Shown here one piece after another: positions 45,402-64,000 of a stretch of DNA of 64,000 bases; the stretch's first letter is position 1, and each line of letters opens with the position of its first letter. A program made the translations under genes and the position numbers. The DNA comes from the human T2T-CHM13v2.0 reference genome, Homo sapiens: NCBI RefSeq assembly GCF_009914755.1, contig NC_060925.1. One strand, written 5' to 3'. The notes beneath the pieces are model-generated. The model saw only the letters and a program-made list of their open reading frames with translations, did no database searches and was not told the DNA's origin.

Positions 45402-46218
45402 TGATCCACCTGCCTTGGCCTCCCAAATTGCTGGGATTACAGGCATGAGCCACCGTGCCTGGCCATTCCCAGTCTATTTAAACCCTATTGCAACCTTATC
45501 CCACTCTCCGATCTGGTCACCTGAATGCTTAATCTTACAAGGGTAAAGTACCTCTCATCAGTGAAAGAGGCTAAATGAACCCATCTGGTCAGAACTTTTT
45601 TGGTGAAACAGCAGTGGCTCAATTTCTGGATTTGAAAATATTTCAACTCGTGGAAATGAGAATGTCTGCAGAGTTGAATGAAGGAAGAGCAGGCCTCAAG
45701 AAGGAGAACAAGGACTGATTCAGAGGTTAGAAGGGTTGGCAGTGTCCACAAGCACAACTAAAGACGAGCTCAAATGCCTTGAAATTTTGCCCTTGTCTCA
45801 AACATGTTACGGTAGTTGTTACTCTGGAAGTCACCGATATCCCCTTTGAGCCAGTCCAGGCCTTTCTTCAGCCTTCATCCTTCTTGCAGAGGCCAGCTGT
45901 CACTTCTTGCTCCACACCGAAGCCTTTAAGTCCTAAGAGGTATGTTAAGGGCACAATGGCAAGGACACAGTCAAAAGGTTACAGGAAAGCTCTACAATGC
46001 CACAGAACCATGGAGATAATACCCAGGCCACAGAAAATGGAGGAAAAGGAATATAACTGTACCAAAAGTGGCTGGGACAGCTTTATTGCCTTCTCCCTTT
46101 TTTCTTTTGTATTTGTTTTCCCTACATTAGATTGGGGAGAGACTTTTCTCGGGAGGAGGTAACAGATTATAAATATATAGAGAAGTTTATAATGTTTTTG
46201 TTTCATGGCACTTACTGA

Positions 46219-46404
<186 letters not shown>

Positions 46405-47410
46405 TAGGATTACAGGTGCCCACCACCACGCCCGGCTAACTTTTGTATTTTTGGTAGAGATGGGTTTTCACCATGTTGGCCAGGCTGGTCTCGAACTCCT
46501 GACCTCAGATAAACTACCTGCCTTGGCCTCTCAAAGTACTGGGATTACAAGTGTGAGCCACTGCGCCCGGTTTCTTGTTTTTTTGTCTGTTACCCCACTA
46601 CAATGTAAGCTCCAGGAGGGGCAAGAACAGGCCCCTCTGTCTTGCTCATCCTTCTATCCCCTGCAACCAACAGAATGCCTGGCATATTGTTATAGATACT
46701 AACATAGAAAACAAACTATGCAAATGCTAGAAGGAGATATTAGGAAACATTTATTTTTCTATTCTTGGGGTTCATAAAACCTTCCTTAACAAAAGAGAAG
46801 ATCAAGAAGCCATGAAGAAAAAGATCACTAGATCTGACTACATAAAAAATGTAGGGCCAGGCACGGTGGCTCACACCTGTAATCCCAGCACTTTGGAAGG
46901 CCGAGGCAGGTGGATCACCTGAGGTCAGGAGTTCAGACCAGCCCTGCCCAACATGGTGAAACCCCGTCTCTACTAAAAATACAAAAATTAGCTGGGCGTG
47001 GTGGCAGGCACCTGTAATCTCAGCTACTTGGAAGGCTGAGGCACGAGAATCACTTGAACCAGGAGGCAGAGGTTGCAGTAAGCCAAGATTGCCTCATTGC
47101 TCTCCAGCCTGGGCAACAAGAGCGAAACTCTGTTTCAAAACAAAAAAAAATTTTTTTAGACATTCTATCTGAAGAGTAATAACATAATAACCAGCAATTA
47201 TTTATCACTTTATACATGCCAATTTCTGTTCTAAGCAATTTACATGTCTTAACTCATTTAAGCATCCTAGTGATCTTATGGTGCAAGCATTATGATTATC
47301 TGCCTTTTATAGATAGGAAATGGAGGCACAACAAGATTAAATACTTTGACCAGGTGTGGTGGCTCATGCCTGTAATCCCAGCACTTTGGGAGGCCGAGGC
47401 GGGTGGATCA

Positions 47411-47647
<237 letters not shown>

Positions 47648-48645
47648 TTAAATCTTTTGCTAGAGATCAAATAGCTATTAAGTGGTGGAGCCCAGTTTTG
47701 AACTCATCCAGTCTGGTTCCAGGGTTCATACTCTTGACCATTACATTATAGTTGCCCCTGAAATAAACATATGGCAAACAAAAAGGTAGTCTTCATAATG
47801 TGTATGAATTTTCACATATTAATAAGAAAATTACAAATAACCCAGTTGAAATATTTGGCAAGTAATAGGAGTCAAAAATTCACTGAAGAAGAAACACATA
47901 TGGTCAATAAATTTTCCTGCTTAATAAATAGCAATTCCTAAAACCATAACAATAGTAAGATACTGCTTTTTACCCTTTAGATTAGCAAAAAGTAAACTGT
48001 TGCTAATATCTAGTATTGGCAAGAGTGTAGGGAAGAGTAAACTGGTACAATTGCTTTCTTATTTTATTCAATGTGTTATTTTTCATTACACTTTCTATTG
48101 ATGTTGATTCTCAAGTTGTCCCAGATTTGGCCAGTGGAGCCTGTTCGAGCTAACTCATGTGTCCTCTTGACTTATGCCGTCATTCTTTGAGCACTATTTA
48201 CTGTCTGGCACACAATATCCACAGGCTCATTCTGTCCCAACTCTGGAATCGGTCATTTCTCTAGGGGGCTCTGTTCCTTTTGGAAACCAACTGTATTAAT
48301 TGCTGTTATATGTCATTGATTTCAGGTCCTCTTGAAAAGCTAGGAAATGAATGTATATACAAATGCTTAAGGATAAATTTTAATTAACATAAGACAGAAA
48401 TTGTATATACAGTATGGTAGTTTTCATTTAAAGCACACATGCAGATATAGCAAATTGCTGAATTATGGTGTTTGGGGTGATTTTTTTTTTTTCATTTCAA
48501 TTTGTATTCTAAAATTTTCAAAGTGTGGCCAGGCGCGGTGGCTCATGCCTGTAATCCCAGCACTTTGGGTGGCCGAGGCGGGTGGATCCTGAGGTCAGGA
48601 GATCGAGACCATCCTGGCTAACACGGTGAAATACCGTCTCTACTA

Positions 48646-49087
<442 letters not shown>

Positions 49088-49889
49088 TGAGAAGCTAGGA
49101 TTACAGGCACGCGCCACCACGCCCGGCTAATTTTGTATGTTTAGTAGAGATGGGGTTTCGCCATGTTGGCCAGGCCAGGCTTGAACTCCTGTCCTCAAGT
49201 GATCCACCCGCCTCGGCCTCCCAAAGTGCTGGGATTATAGGCATGAGCCACCGCGCCCCGCCTCTTTCTCTTTTCTCTTCTCTTCTCTTCTCTTTTCTTC
49301 TCCTTTTCTCTTGCTCTGTCACTCACACTGGAGCGCAGTGGTGTGATCTTGGGTTACTACTACCTCCACCCCCCCGGGTTCAAGCAGTTCTCGTACCTCA
49401 GCCTCCCAAGAAGCTGGGATTACAGGTATGCGCCACCATGCCCAGCTAATTTTTTTTTTTGGTAAGATGGAGTCTCGCTCTTGTCACCTAGGCTGGAGTG
49501 CAGTGTCATGATCTCAGCTCACTACAACCTCCACTTCCTGGGTTCAAGTGATTCTCCTGCCTCAGCCCCCCCAAGTAGCTGGGATTACAGGCGCCCACCA
49601 CTATGCCAGGCCAATTTTTGTATTTTTAATGGAGACACGTTTTCACCAAGTTGGCCAGGCTGATCTCGAACTTGTGACCTTAGGTGATCCGCCCGCCTCG
49701 GCCTCCCAAAGTGCTGGGATTACAGGCGTGACCCATTGCACCCAGCCAATTTTTGTATTTTTAGTAGAGACAGGGTTTTGCTATGTTGGCCAGGCTGGTC
49801 TCCAACTCCCGGCCTCAAGCAATCTGCCTGCCTCAGCCTCCCAAAGTGATGAGATTACAGGCGTGAGGCACCACACCCAGCCTATTTTT

Positions 49890-50690
<801 letters not shown>

Positions 50691-50693
50691 TAG

Positions 50694-52767
<2,074 letters not shown>

Positions 52768-52938
52768 AAGCTGGATTGCAATTATCCAGCCATGAAAGAT
52801 GGACATGGAAAACCCAGAAATCTCACACTCTAGTGGCCATTAACTATTACCTCCATATTACTATCAAAAATGTCAATGTGAACACCAGACATTCCTTTCT
52901 TTCTTTTCTTTTCTTTTTTCTTTTTTTTTTTTTTTTGA

Positions 52939-53232
<294 letters not shown>

Positions 53233-54559
53233 TAATGTCATCTGGCTGCCCACTGCTAAGGATTTTACACCAATAATTTTCACTCCACAGAGTCACCACC
53301 TTCATGCCATTTCCACCTTTCTTTTTCCAACCCCACTCTCCATTACCCTTCCACTCAGGAGAAAAACTAAACTCTTCAACTCAAAGTAGTTTAGCCACAG
53401 TCATGCCCTTAAGGTTTCGCCTTCACTCCAAGAGGATTTTACCAAGATATTTTTCCAAAGAAATACCTTCCCTTACAAAAATGGTTTGTTTTTTGAGATG
53501 GAGTCTCACTCTGCCCCCTGGGTTGCAGTGCAGTGGCAGGATCCAGGATCACTGTAACCTCCACCTCCTGGGTTCAAGCAATTCTCTTGCTTGAACCCCT
53601 AGAGTACCTGGGATTACAGGCATGTGCCACCACGCCTTGCTAATTTTTTGTATTTTTAGTAGAGATCAGGATTCACCATGTTGGCCAGGCTGGTCTCAAA
53701 CTCCTGACCTCAAGTGATCCACTCACCATGGCCTCCCAAAATGCTGGGATTACAGGCGTGAGCCACCACACCTGGCCACAAAAATTGCTAACATTTTCAG
53801 CACCTCTTCACTAAAACGTCCTCCCCACCAACAGACCCCTTGTGTTTCTTCACATGGCCACTAGGAGCATAGGCTGAAAATCATTGTTCACAGCAGGCTT
53901 CCTGGCCCCATATGAGACTATAAACATTTGAAGAGTGCCTACAGTTTTTCCCCTACATCCTTCTCCTCTCCCTCAACCTCTTCCCTCTCTCTTTTCCCAC
54001 CATAGGCTGCTCACCCCCCAAGCCTTCTTCTTGCCTTTGCTTTCCCAAAACAATTCAGCAACTGCATTTAACTAAGATATAAATAACAATGGGATGTCTG
54101 GTTACTAATTTCAGAGCCATATACATTTTAACAAGAATTAAAGACTGAAGCCTAGGAAGTGAATGTCTAAATGGGAGAATTCCATGGTTCTTGGGGGAAA
54201 TTCCTTCATCTTTCATATCATTCAGGCAAAAGAATGAGGTAAAAAATGAGCTTTTACTGAACAGCTTTGTATGGAAGGCTTGTATGCACTAGCATTCTAC
54301 ACAAGACTTTCACATGTCAGTGTATTTAGTTCTCACAATAATTATGGTGGCATTATTATGCCTATTTTGCACATTAATTGAGGCTCAGAGAGATTAAACA
54401 ATTTGAACCCAGATCTGTCTGATTTCTCAAACCTGTATTGTTTCCACTATAGCAGCTGTTAACATTTATGTACAGAAAAGAAATTAAGGATTGCTACAAT
54501 CTCAAGGGACCAAACTTCTAGAACCACCCCCAGACAGAATGGTTGCAAGAGATCAGTAA

Positions 54560-55088
<529 letters not shown>

Positions 55089-55616
55089 GTGAATAAACAG
55101 AAAAGAAAAGCTGTCATCCTACTTCCTACGACTGCCCATATTTTTGTAATTTTACAGCTTATTCACACTCTTGTCAGAGGCTGGGAACCAGAAAGGCTAG
55201 GATTCATTCTCCTAAATTATTCATTTAACAATTATTTATTGCATGCTTTCAAATGTGCCAGGCATAGGAAAGCAAACACATTGCTTTTGAAATGTATTAC
55301 AAGGGAGGGCAAAAGACTGTTGGAAGAAGATTTGAAAGCAATGGTTAAGAAGAGATTAGTTTTGAGAAATTATCTGAATAGCTGGTCGTTCGCATGGACT
55401 ATCAGGGTCCCCAGAGAGGTAGCTGCAATAATCTGGGACTACACTGGAATTGTTGGTTACACATGTGCTCTCATGTTACAGGCCTGGCCTGGAGGATATT
55501 TGTCCACATATGCTGGTCAAAGATGGAGAGGCAGTAAAACTGTTTCTCTTCTGCTACCAGTGAATAAGCCAGATCTTTAGCTTTTATCTTGCTGGGAGGA
55601 GATGCATTTCTATATT

Positions 55617-55970
55617 TGGAGTGGATCCAGGTTTTGTAGGGCCTGAGCTTTTGCAATTCCTGAGGCCCTTTCCAAGAAAGAGAATACAAAATTATGACTA
55701 CAGTATTAAGTATGCATGCGAATATTTGTTTGGAATGAGAAAAGACATCAAGACAAATTATTGAAGACAGAGATTCAGATCCCTCTTTTCTGAGATATTC
55801 CAGGCAATTTTTCGGAAATGCTTATGCAGAAATTCTTCTTGATTGCAAACCGCTTCCTCTCCTTCTCTAGAGCAGACTACAACTCCTAGCAACACCCATC
55901 TCTCAGAGGAGCCCCTGCAAGTGAGGGGCCCTGAAACTTAAGCTCCATTAACTTCAAAATAAATCCTCCT
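55617..55970. mobile_element. MER53-related non-autonomous hAT element
   Basis: gtggatccaggttttgtagggcctga ... tgcaagtgaggggccctgaaacttaagctccatta ... taaatcctcct. Confidence 0.55.
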
Positions 55971-56821
55971 TCCCTCCTTCTCTCCTTACAGGGCTTGGTG
56001 CTAATTTTTTTTTTTTTTTTTTTTTTTTTAAGACAGCCCAGGCTGGAGTGCATTAGCACCATCTCAGCTCACTGTAGCCTCGACCTACCAAGCTCAAGCC
56101 ATCCTCTTGCCTCAAAACCCTCCTCCACCCACTTCCTTGAGTAGCTGGGATTACAGGCTAGAGTCATCATGCCCAGCCTTGGTGCTAATCTTTGCTTCAC
56201 TGGCCTTTGCTGTAGGCTAGCTTCCGTAAATATGTACAAGGCCAGTTGTTTAACTGATTTATCTAGACAGCAGTCTCTTTTCTTTTTAATTAAAAAAAAA
56301 TTCTTTTTAAATGTAGAGATGGAGTCTGGCTACAGCCTAGGCTGGTCTCGACCTCCTGGGCTCCAGCAATCCTCCCGCCTCAGCCTCCCAAAGTGCTGGG
56401 ATTACAGGTGTGAGCCATAGCACCTGGCCTGGGCAGCGGTCTTGACAGAATAAACTCTGATGATGGTGGGGCATAGGTAGAGAAAATTGATTACTGAATC
56501 TGAGACAGTTATCTCACCCCATTCACCCTGGGGAATCTACAAGCAGCAAAGGGAGCTAACATAGTTTACATTATTTGCTACAGTCAGGCTGTGCAAGCTG
56601 GAAAATAATATTCTTTTGGCTTAAATTTATTAATTCAGTTAGGTTGCAAGGGGTGTCTCTCCCCTGCTATCCAGAAGTTCTCATAGACTGTTATCTTTTT
56701 TTTTTTTTTTTTTGAGACAGAGTCTCCCTCTGTTGCCCAGGCCGGAGTGCAGTGGCACGACCCCGGCTCACTGCAACCTCGCCTCCTGGGCTCAAGTGAT
56801 TCTCCTGCCTCATCCTCCTAA

Positions 56822-57013
<192 letters not shown>

Positions 57014-57648
57014 TAATACATACCAGGAAGGAGAATAAATAATTTCTTAGTAAACGCATTTTGTTTAATAGATAAAAACATGCTGTTCAAGAGAGGGGTA
57101 GTAAAAACGTTGAGAAGTAATAATCTGGTCCACGCACCTCACTTTAGACATGATAAAACTGAGGCCAGAGAAAGGAAGAGAGGTGTTCAAAACCATATAG
57201 ACAGGCAGTAGCGTAGCCAAAATAGTATTTCTCACCCAGGCTTCTTGTTTGACCAGACAACCTTCCCAGTTCAAAATTCTGGTTTCTAATAAAAGGCAGA
57301 GGAATGAGTCAGAAAGCCAAGGAGAATAATCTGTTAATTTAGCTTTGGAGCTATTGACAATCTGGTTGGGAGATGACAGGCCAGGCTACTTCTCTGCTGA
57401 GAGAAGTTATTTTTCTGCTGGAGAGTTATTTCTGTAACTTGTATCAAAAGCCTTTAACATATGTATGTGTCCTGACCCGGAAATTCCATTTCTTGGAATT
57501 TATTGTAAGGACATAATCAGAATGAGCACGATGATGTATATACATTGATGTTTATTGTAGCATCATTTTCAATTTTTAAAATATAGTCCAGGCGTGGTGG
57601 CACATGCCTGTAATCCCAGCATTTTGGGAGGCCGAGGCAGGCAGATCA

Positions 57649-58235
<587 letters not shown>

Positions 58236-58621
58236 TTAAATATTACATAAAACTAATATATAAATTAATATAAGTAGAATTATCAAGAAACCCAGTGATC
58301 CTTTTCCTACCAGTCCCTGCCCACTAGCTTCACTTCCCAGGATGTCAACTATATTACCTATATATTTTTTCTGAAATCTACTTTCATATCTCTTAATCAT
58401 ATACTGATACACTATTTTTTATTCCTCTTCCTCTTTTATTTTTATTTACTTTAAATTATTATTTTTTTTTTTGAGATGGAGTCTCACTCTGTTGCCCAGG
58501 CTGGAGTGCAGTGGCACAATCTCAGCTCAGGGCAACCTCCACCTCCCAGGTTCAAGTGATTTTCCTGCCTCAGTCTCCTGAGTAGCTGGGATCACAGGCA
58601 CCTGCCACCATACCAGGCTAA

Positions 58622-58876
<255 letters not shown>

Positions 58877-59061
58877 TGATTTTCCTGCCTCAGCCTCCCA
58901 AGTATCTGGAATTACAGGCATGCCCCACCACGCCCAGCTAATTTTGTATTTGTAGTAGAGATGGGATTTCACCATGTTGGCCAGGCTGTTCTCGAACTCC
59001 TGACCTCAGGTGATCTGCCTGCCTTGGCCTCCCAAAGTCCCAGCCTTGTTCTTCTTTTTAG

Positions 59062-59217
<156 letters not shown>

Positions 59218-60284
59218 TAAATTTTTGTGTAGAGATTGGGGAGGGGAGGGGGGAATGGATCTCACTATTTTGCCCAGGCTGGTCTTGAACTCCTGACCTC
59301 ATGAGATCCTCCAGCCTTGGCCTCCCAAAGTGCTAACATTGTAGGCATGAGCCATCGCTTCCCAGCCATGATTTCTAAACTTTAAACATTATTCATTGAC
59401 TTCTTAAGGTAAGTGATAATTTAGCTCCTAACACCCACCACTCCCTCTTCCTCTTTTCATTCTCCCAGTATCACAATTGTTCGTTGAATCAGTAATCAAT
59501 ATTTGCATTATTATGGTTTCATAAGCATTATTTACTTCTATGCCAATGAGTATACTATGCAATTTAGTTTTTGTCCTATTGTATTTTCCTACAGGTATTG
59601 CTTCACTTTTAAATTTGCTTAGTTTCCCTTATTCATACGATCAGCTTTCCTTATGTGTTCCACGATACACTGTATGCCTATCAATACTATTTTTCAACTG
59701 ATCAAATCAATTCCATTTCCCTGCCCCCCACCGACATTGCTGTTCCATAGCCCGCTACTACTACATTCTGCAGTAAGAGCTAGATGTCTAGGTCTGCAAC
59801 AAGATGTTACCACTGGACTTCTTTTCACCATTTTCTTGTGTTGTGTCTTCTGCTTCCTTGATCTTATTTCATTATCTTTGTAGGATTATTCCCTTATTTT
59901 ACTGCAGCACATCTCCCAGTTGCTTCTCTATTGAAGAGAGTTTCTAAGGTAAATCTACTGAATCTTTATAAAATGAAAATGTTTTGGCCAGGTGCAGGGG
60001 CTCACACCTGTAATCCCAGCACTTTGGGAAGCCAAAGCAGGTGGAATATGAGCTCAGGAGTTCAAGATCAGGCTGGGCAACATGGCAAAACCGTGTCTCT
60101 ACCAAAAAAAAAAAAAGAAAAAAAAATTGCCAGTTATAGTGGTGCATACCTGTAGTCCCAGCTACTGAGGAGGTTGAGGTGGGAGGATCACTTGAGCCCA
60201 GGAGGTGGAGGTTGTGATGAGTCAAGATCCACTGCACTGCACTCCACTGCACTCCAGCCTGGGCATCAGAGTGAGACCTTGACT

Positions 60285-60316
<32 letters not shown>

Positions 60317-60900
60317 AGAAAGAAAATGTCTTAATTCTATTCTCACACTTACTAGTATGGCTAGTTGAAGAAAATTAGATTGATCAGCCTGTTTCTCCCC
60401 CTCAATGTTTGAAAAGATTTGTTCGATTGTCTTTCAGCTTTCAATGTTACATTCTGCTTTCAGAATGTCATCTGTTTTCTCTCTCTGGAGACTTTGAGGG
60501 ATTTTTTTTTTTTAATATCTTGCAGTTTGAAATTTTTAGATGACGTGCCTTAGGCTGTAGAGATGGGGTCTCACTGTGATTCCAGGCTTTTAAAATTCAT
60601 ATGCTGGGCCCATTGGTAAGCTCTTTCAATCTGGAAACAATTTATCTTAAAAAAAAGTATATAAAATGTCAATTGTTTACAAATTTCTTGACACAGAAAT
60701 ATTAATAATATGGCTTGATTCCCTTAAACTTTTCTATATTACGTTATAAAACTTTCCAGAGTTTCAAGATGTAGACTAGAAAAGGAAACATTGATTGAGA
60801 TTACGAATGACCAAAGACATACTGAAAACTCTTTAAAATTATTATATCATGGCTCATGCCTGTAGTCCTAGCACCTTGGGAGGTTGAGGTGGGTAGATCA

Positions 60901-61163
<263 letters not shown>

Positions 61164-61476
61164 TTATAACACAATGATACCACAGCCCACGTCAAATATA
61201 CCCATTTCCTAATTTATCTTTTTCTCACATTCTTGTCATGTTAATTAATTAATTGATTTTGCATTTCTTTGGTTCTTCAGATGTGTACATGTCTTTTTTT
61301 TTCAAATTCTTAAAACCATTTAATTTGATGAGATCCTATAATATATTAGTATCTTCCATTTAAAATGTTTTGAGTTTTAAAGACTGGAGCTTAGAGGAAT
61401 CTTAGAATCTTGCATTCTTACATATTACCAGAGTGAAACAATTCCTTTGAATATTTGATACCTCACTTAATTTTGA

Positions 61477-61838
<362 letters not shown>

Positions 61839-62123
61839 TGAGTGGTAGTGTTCCCTGGGGGAGTATGAAAAGGCTCATGAGATCAAACCTGGATGATAAA
61901 GTCAGAAGGCTATGGAGAAAAGACTAGATTTCCCTTGTAACAAATTTTCTCCAGGTATTGGTAGCAACAACTGTTAGGACATCATAATACTAGTATTGTT
62001 TATTAATAACCATTCTGAGATTTGTCTAAATCCCCTTGTTGTATTTTATAATGCTTCCCTATTCAAATCTGTTCACTAAATACGTACTAAGGAAAGGGAA
62101 GGCTTTCCCATTTATTGTGGTCC

Positions 62124-62679
62124 TCCTACCGGATAGAAAGTCTTGACTACCAATTGTCCAGGTTCTTGGCACATTGAACAAAGAATGGAACAAAATGCAC
62201 AAACAAAGCAGCAAAAGAATGAAGCAATGAAAGCACAGATTTATTGAAGTGAAAGTACACTCCACAGAGTTGGAGACCACTGGAGCAAGAGCCCTGATTG
62301 TAATGTTCCTTGGGATTTTTATTGAATTAAAAGAGCATGGTAACACCCCTAAGTACCCTTTAGAGACCTCTGATTTGTATAGGTTATATCCTACACAAAT
62401 GAAGACTTCTGCCCAGGACCAGTCAGAGGGAGGATTCTGCCCAGGACCAATCAGAGGCATCCTGCCTGTGATGCATATGCAAATGAAGGTTTCAGAATAG
62501 ACCAATTACAGACATTCCTGTTCAGGATGTAGGGGAGGAGAGGTTCAGAAAGTGGGGGACATTTGGTCCCTCATTACTTTGTTGTGGAAAGGTGGGGTTT
62601 TCCTCTTAGTCCACTTCCAAGAAGGCAACCATGGGTTGGCCTTAGGCTTCCTGTCTCCAGACCCTATTCTCCCACCTCA
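62124..62679 (-). mobile_element. MER51-family ERV1 solo LTR
   Basis: Minus strand starts TGAGGTGGGAGAATAGGGTCTGGAGACAGG; AATAAA near the 3' end; 4-bp target-site duplication GTCC at 62120-62123 and 62680-62683. Confidence 0.85.
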
Positions 62680-63608
62680 GTCCTACAATGTCCCTGGAAC
62701 TAGGCTAGACATCAACAGATATGATCTTACTGAATCTTCCCAGGAACTTACAAGATGGGTGTCGTTGTTCCTACTTTACAGATGAGGAAACAGAAGTTAG
62801 GAGAACAGCTAACTTGCCCAGCTCACCCAAGGAGGCACTGTGCTAAGTATGCAGCAAGGGAAACAGGTTACCTGTTTCCTGTAAAAATCACCCTGGGAAT
62901 TTTTACAATCTAGTGAAAACACAGACACACAAATGACTAAATAGAGAACAAAGAAAATAAGTAGAAAGGTAAAGGGACAAATAAAATGCCCAGAGAGCCT
63001 ACAGAAAGGGACATTTTATCCTGACTTGGTGAGGGACAGGTGTTTGTGCTGAATCCTAAAGGACAAGTAGGATTTTTTTTGTTTTGTTTTTTGAGACAGA
63101 GTTTTGTTCTGTCACCCAGGCTGGTGTGCAGTGGCGCCATCTCAGCTCACTGCAACCTTCGCCTCCTGAGACCAAGCGATTCAGGCACCCACCATCACGC
63201 CTTGCTAATTTTTGTATTTTTAGTAGAGATGGGGTTTCACCATGTTGGCCAGGCTGATCTTGAACTCCTGACCTCAGGTGATCCGCCTGTCTTGGCCTCC
63301 CAAAGTGCTGAAATTATAGGTGTGAGCCACTGCGCCTGGCCCAACAAGTAGGATTTTAACAGAATGAAAAGGGGTTCCCAGAATGTGGCTTGAGCAAAAT
63401 CATAGAAGTGTGAAAGTGTATTTTGTGTGCGGAGTACAACAAATGTCATTGTGGTTAGAACACAGAGAAGGCAGAACAAAAAGGGGTAATACCGCCAGAT
63501 CATGAATGGTCTTGAAGGCCATGTTGTGGAGTGTAGACTTGTTTCTGAATGCAGGAAATATATAAGCAGAAATGAGGACAAAAATATTATGTCAATGCCT
63601 GGTTTAGA

Positions 63609-64000
63609 GCAATGATTCTCAAGGATTCCTGATTCTGGAGAATCCTTGAGACCTTTTCAGAGGGTTTATGAGGTCAAAACTATTCTTACAGTAATGATGA
63701 TAATAGTTATACTACCTTATTTGCCTTTAAAAATTGTGATAAAAATAACAAAATGTACCATCTTTGTACATTGAAAAATTTTAAATTTTATTTATTTATT
63801 TTTTTAGAGATGGGGTCTTGCTATGTTTACTAAGCTAGGGTACAGGCATGATCATAGTGCACTACAGCTCCAAACTTCTGGCCTCAAGTGATCTTCCTGC
63901 CTCAGCCTCCCGCGTAGCTGGGACTACAGACAGTATTTGTTGCCAATAATAAATCCAAGCTTTCACATAAAATTAGAAGTTTGGAAAAGTTGTATTTGCC
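63609..64000 (+). mobile_element. Charlie1-like DNA transposon fragments with an inserted Alu fragment
   Basis: caatgattctcaa ... gagaccttttcagagggtttatgaggtcaaaactatt; ttgccaataataaatccaagctttc. Confidence 0.55.

Noticed and set aside
62059-62505. 148-aa ORF in the LTR as a retroviral gene
   Set aside because: Lies in a solo LTR with no gag/pol/env motifs or internal region

Overview
Primate (almost certainly human) Alu-dense genomic DNA containing one complete protein-coding gene, SFPQ (PSF; DBHS-family splicing/paraspeckle factor), on the minus strand. The promoter and CpG island lie at ~24.5-25.95 kb. Ten canonical coding exons (25718 down to 17125) have GT-AG boundaries and sum to 2124 nt = 707 aa + stop. 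Three further downstream exons (10658-10705, 9988-10068, ~9045-9143) give the short 'F' C-terminus VRMIDVG*. The rest of the window is intergenic: dozens of Alus, old L1/L2/MIR/MaLR/DNA-transposon fragments, two ERV1-type solo LTRs, a Y3 RNA retrocopy and microsatellites. I see no CRISPR, tRNA, rRNA or second protein-coding gene. The most interesting part is the ~11 kb 3' module of SFPQ, which is almost free of transposons and looks like a multi-way last-exon/NMD switch. It has a recursive-splice-type AG|GTAAGA exon, an NMD-deciding 81-nt exon bracketed by inverted Alus, a candidate poison exon, and a 17-19 nt motif repeated at nearly the same offset after exon 9 in two alternative products. 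Other notable signals are an in-frame GUG N-terminal extension, a CTCF site with its upstream motif, a 350-bp templated insertion inside an Alu, and a 58-bp fold-back inverted duplication inside a TA tract. Repeat coordinates and subfamily calls are by eye and approximate; literature statements are from memory and unverified.
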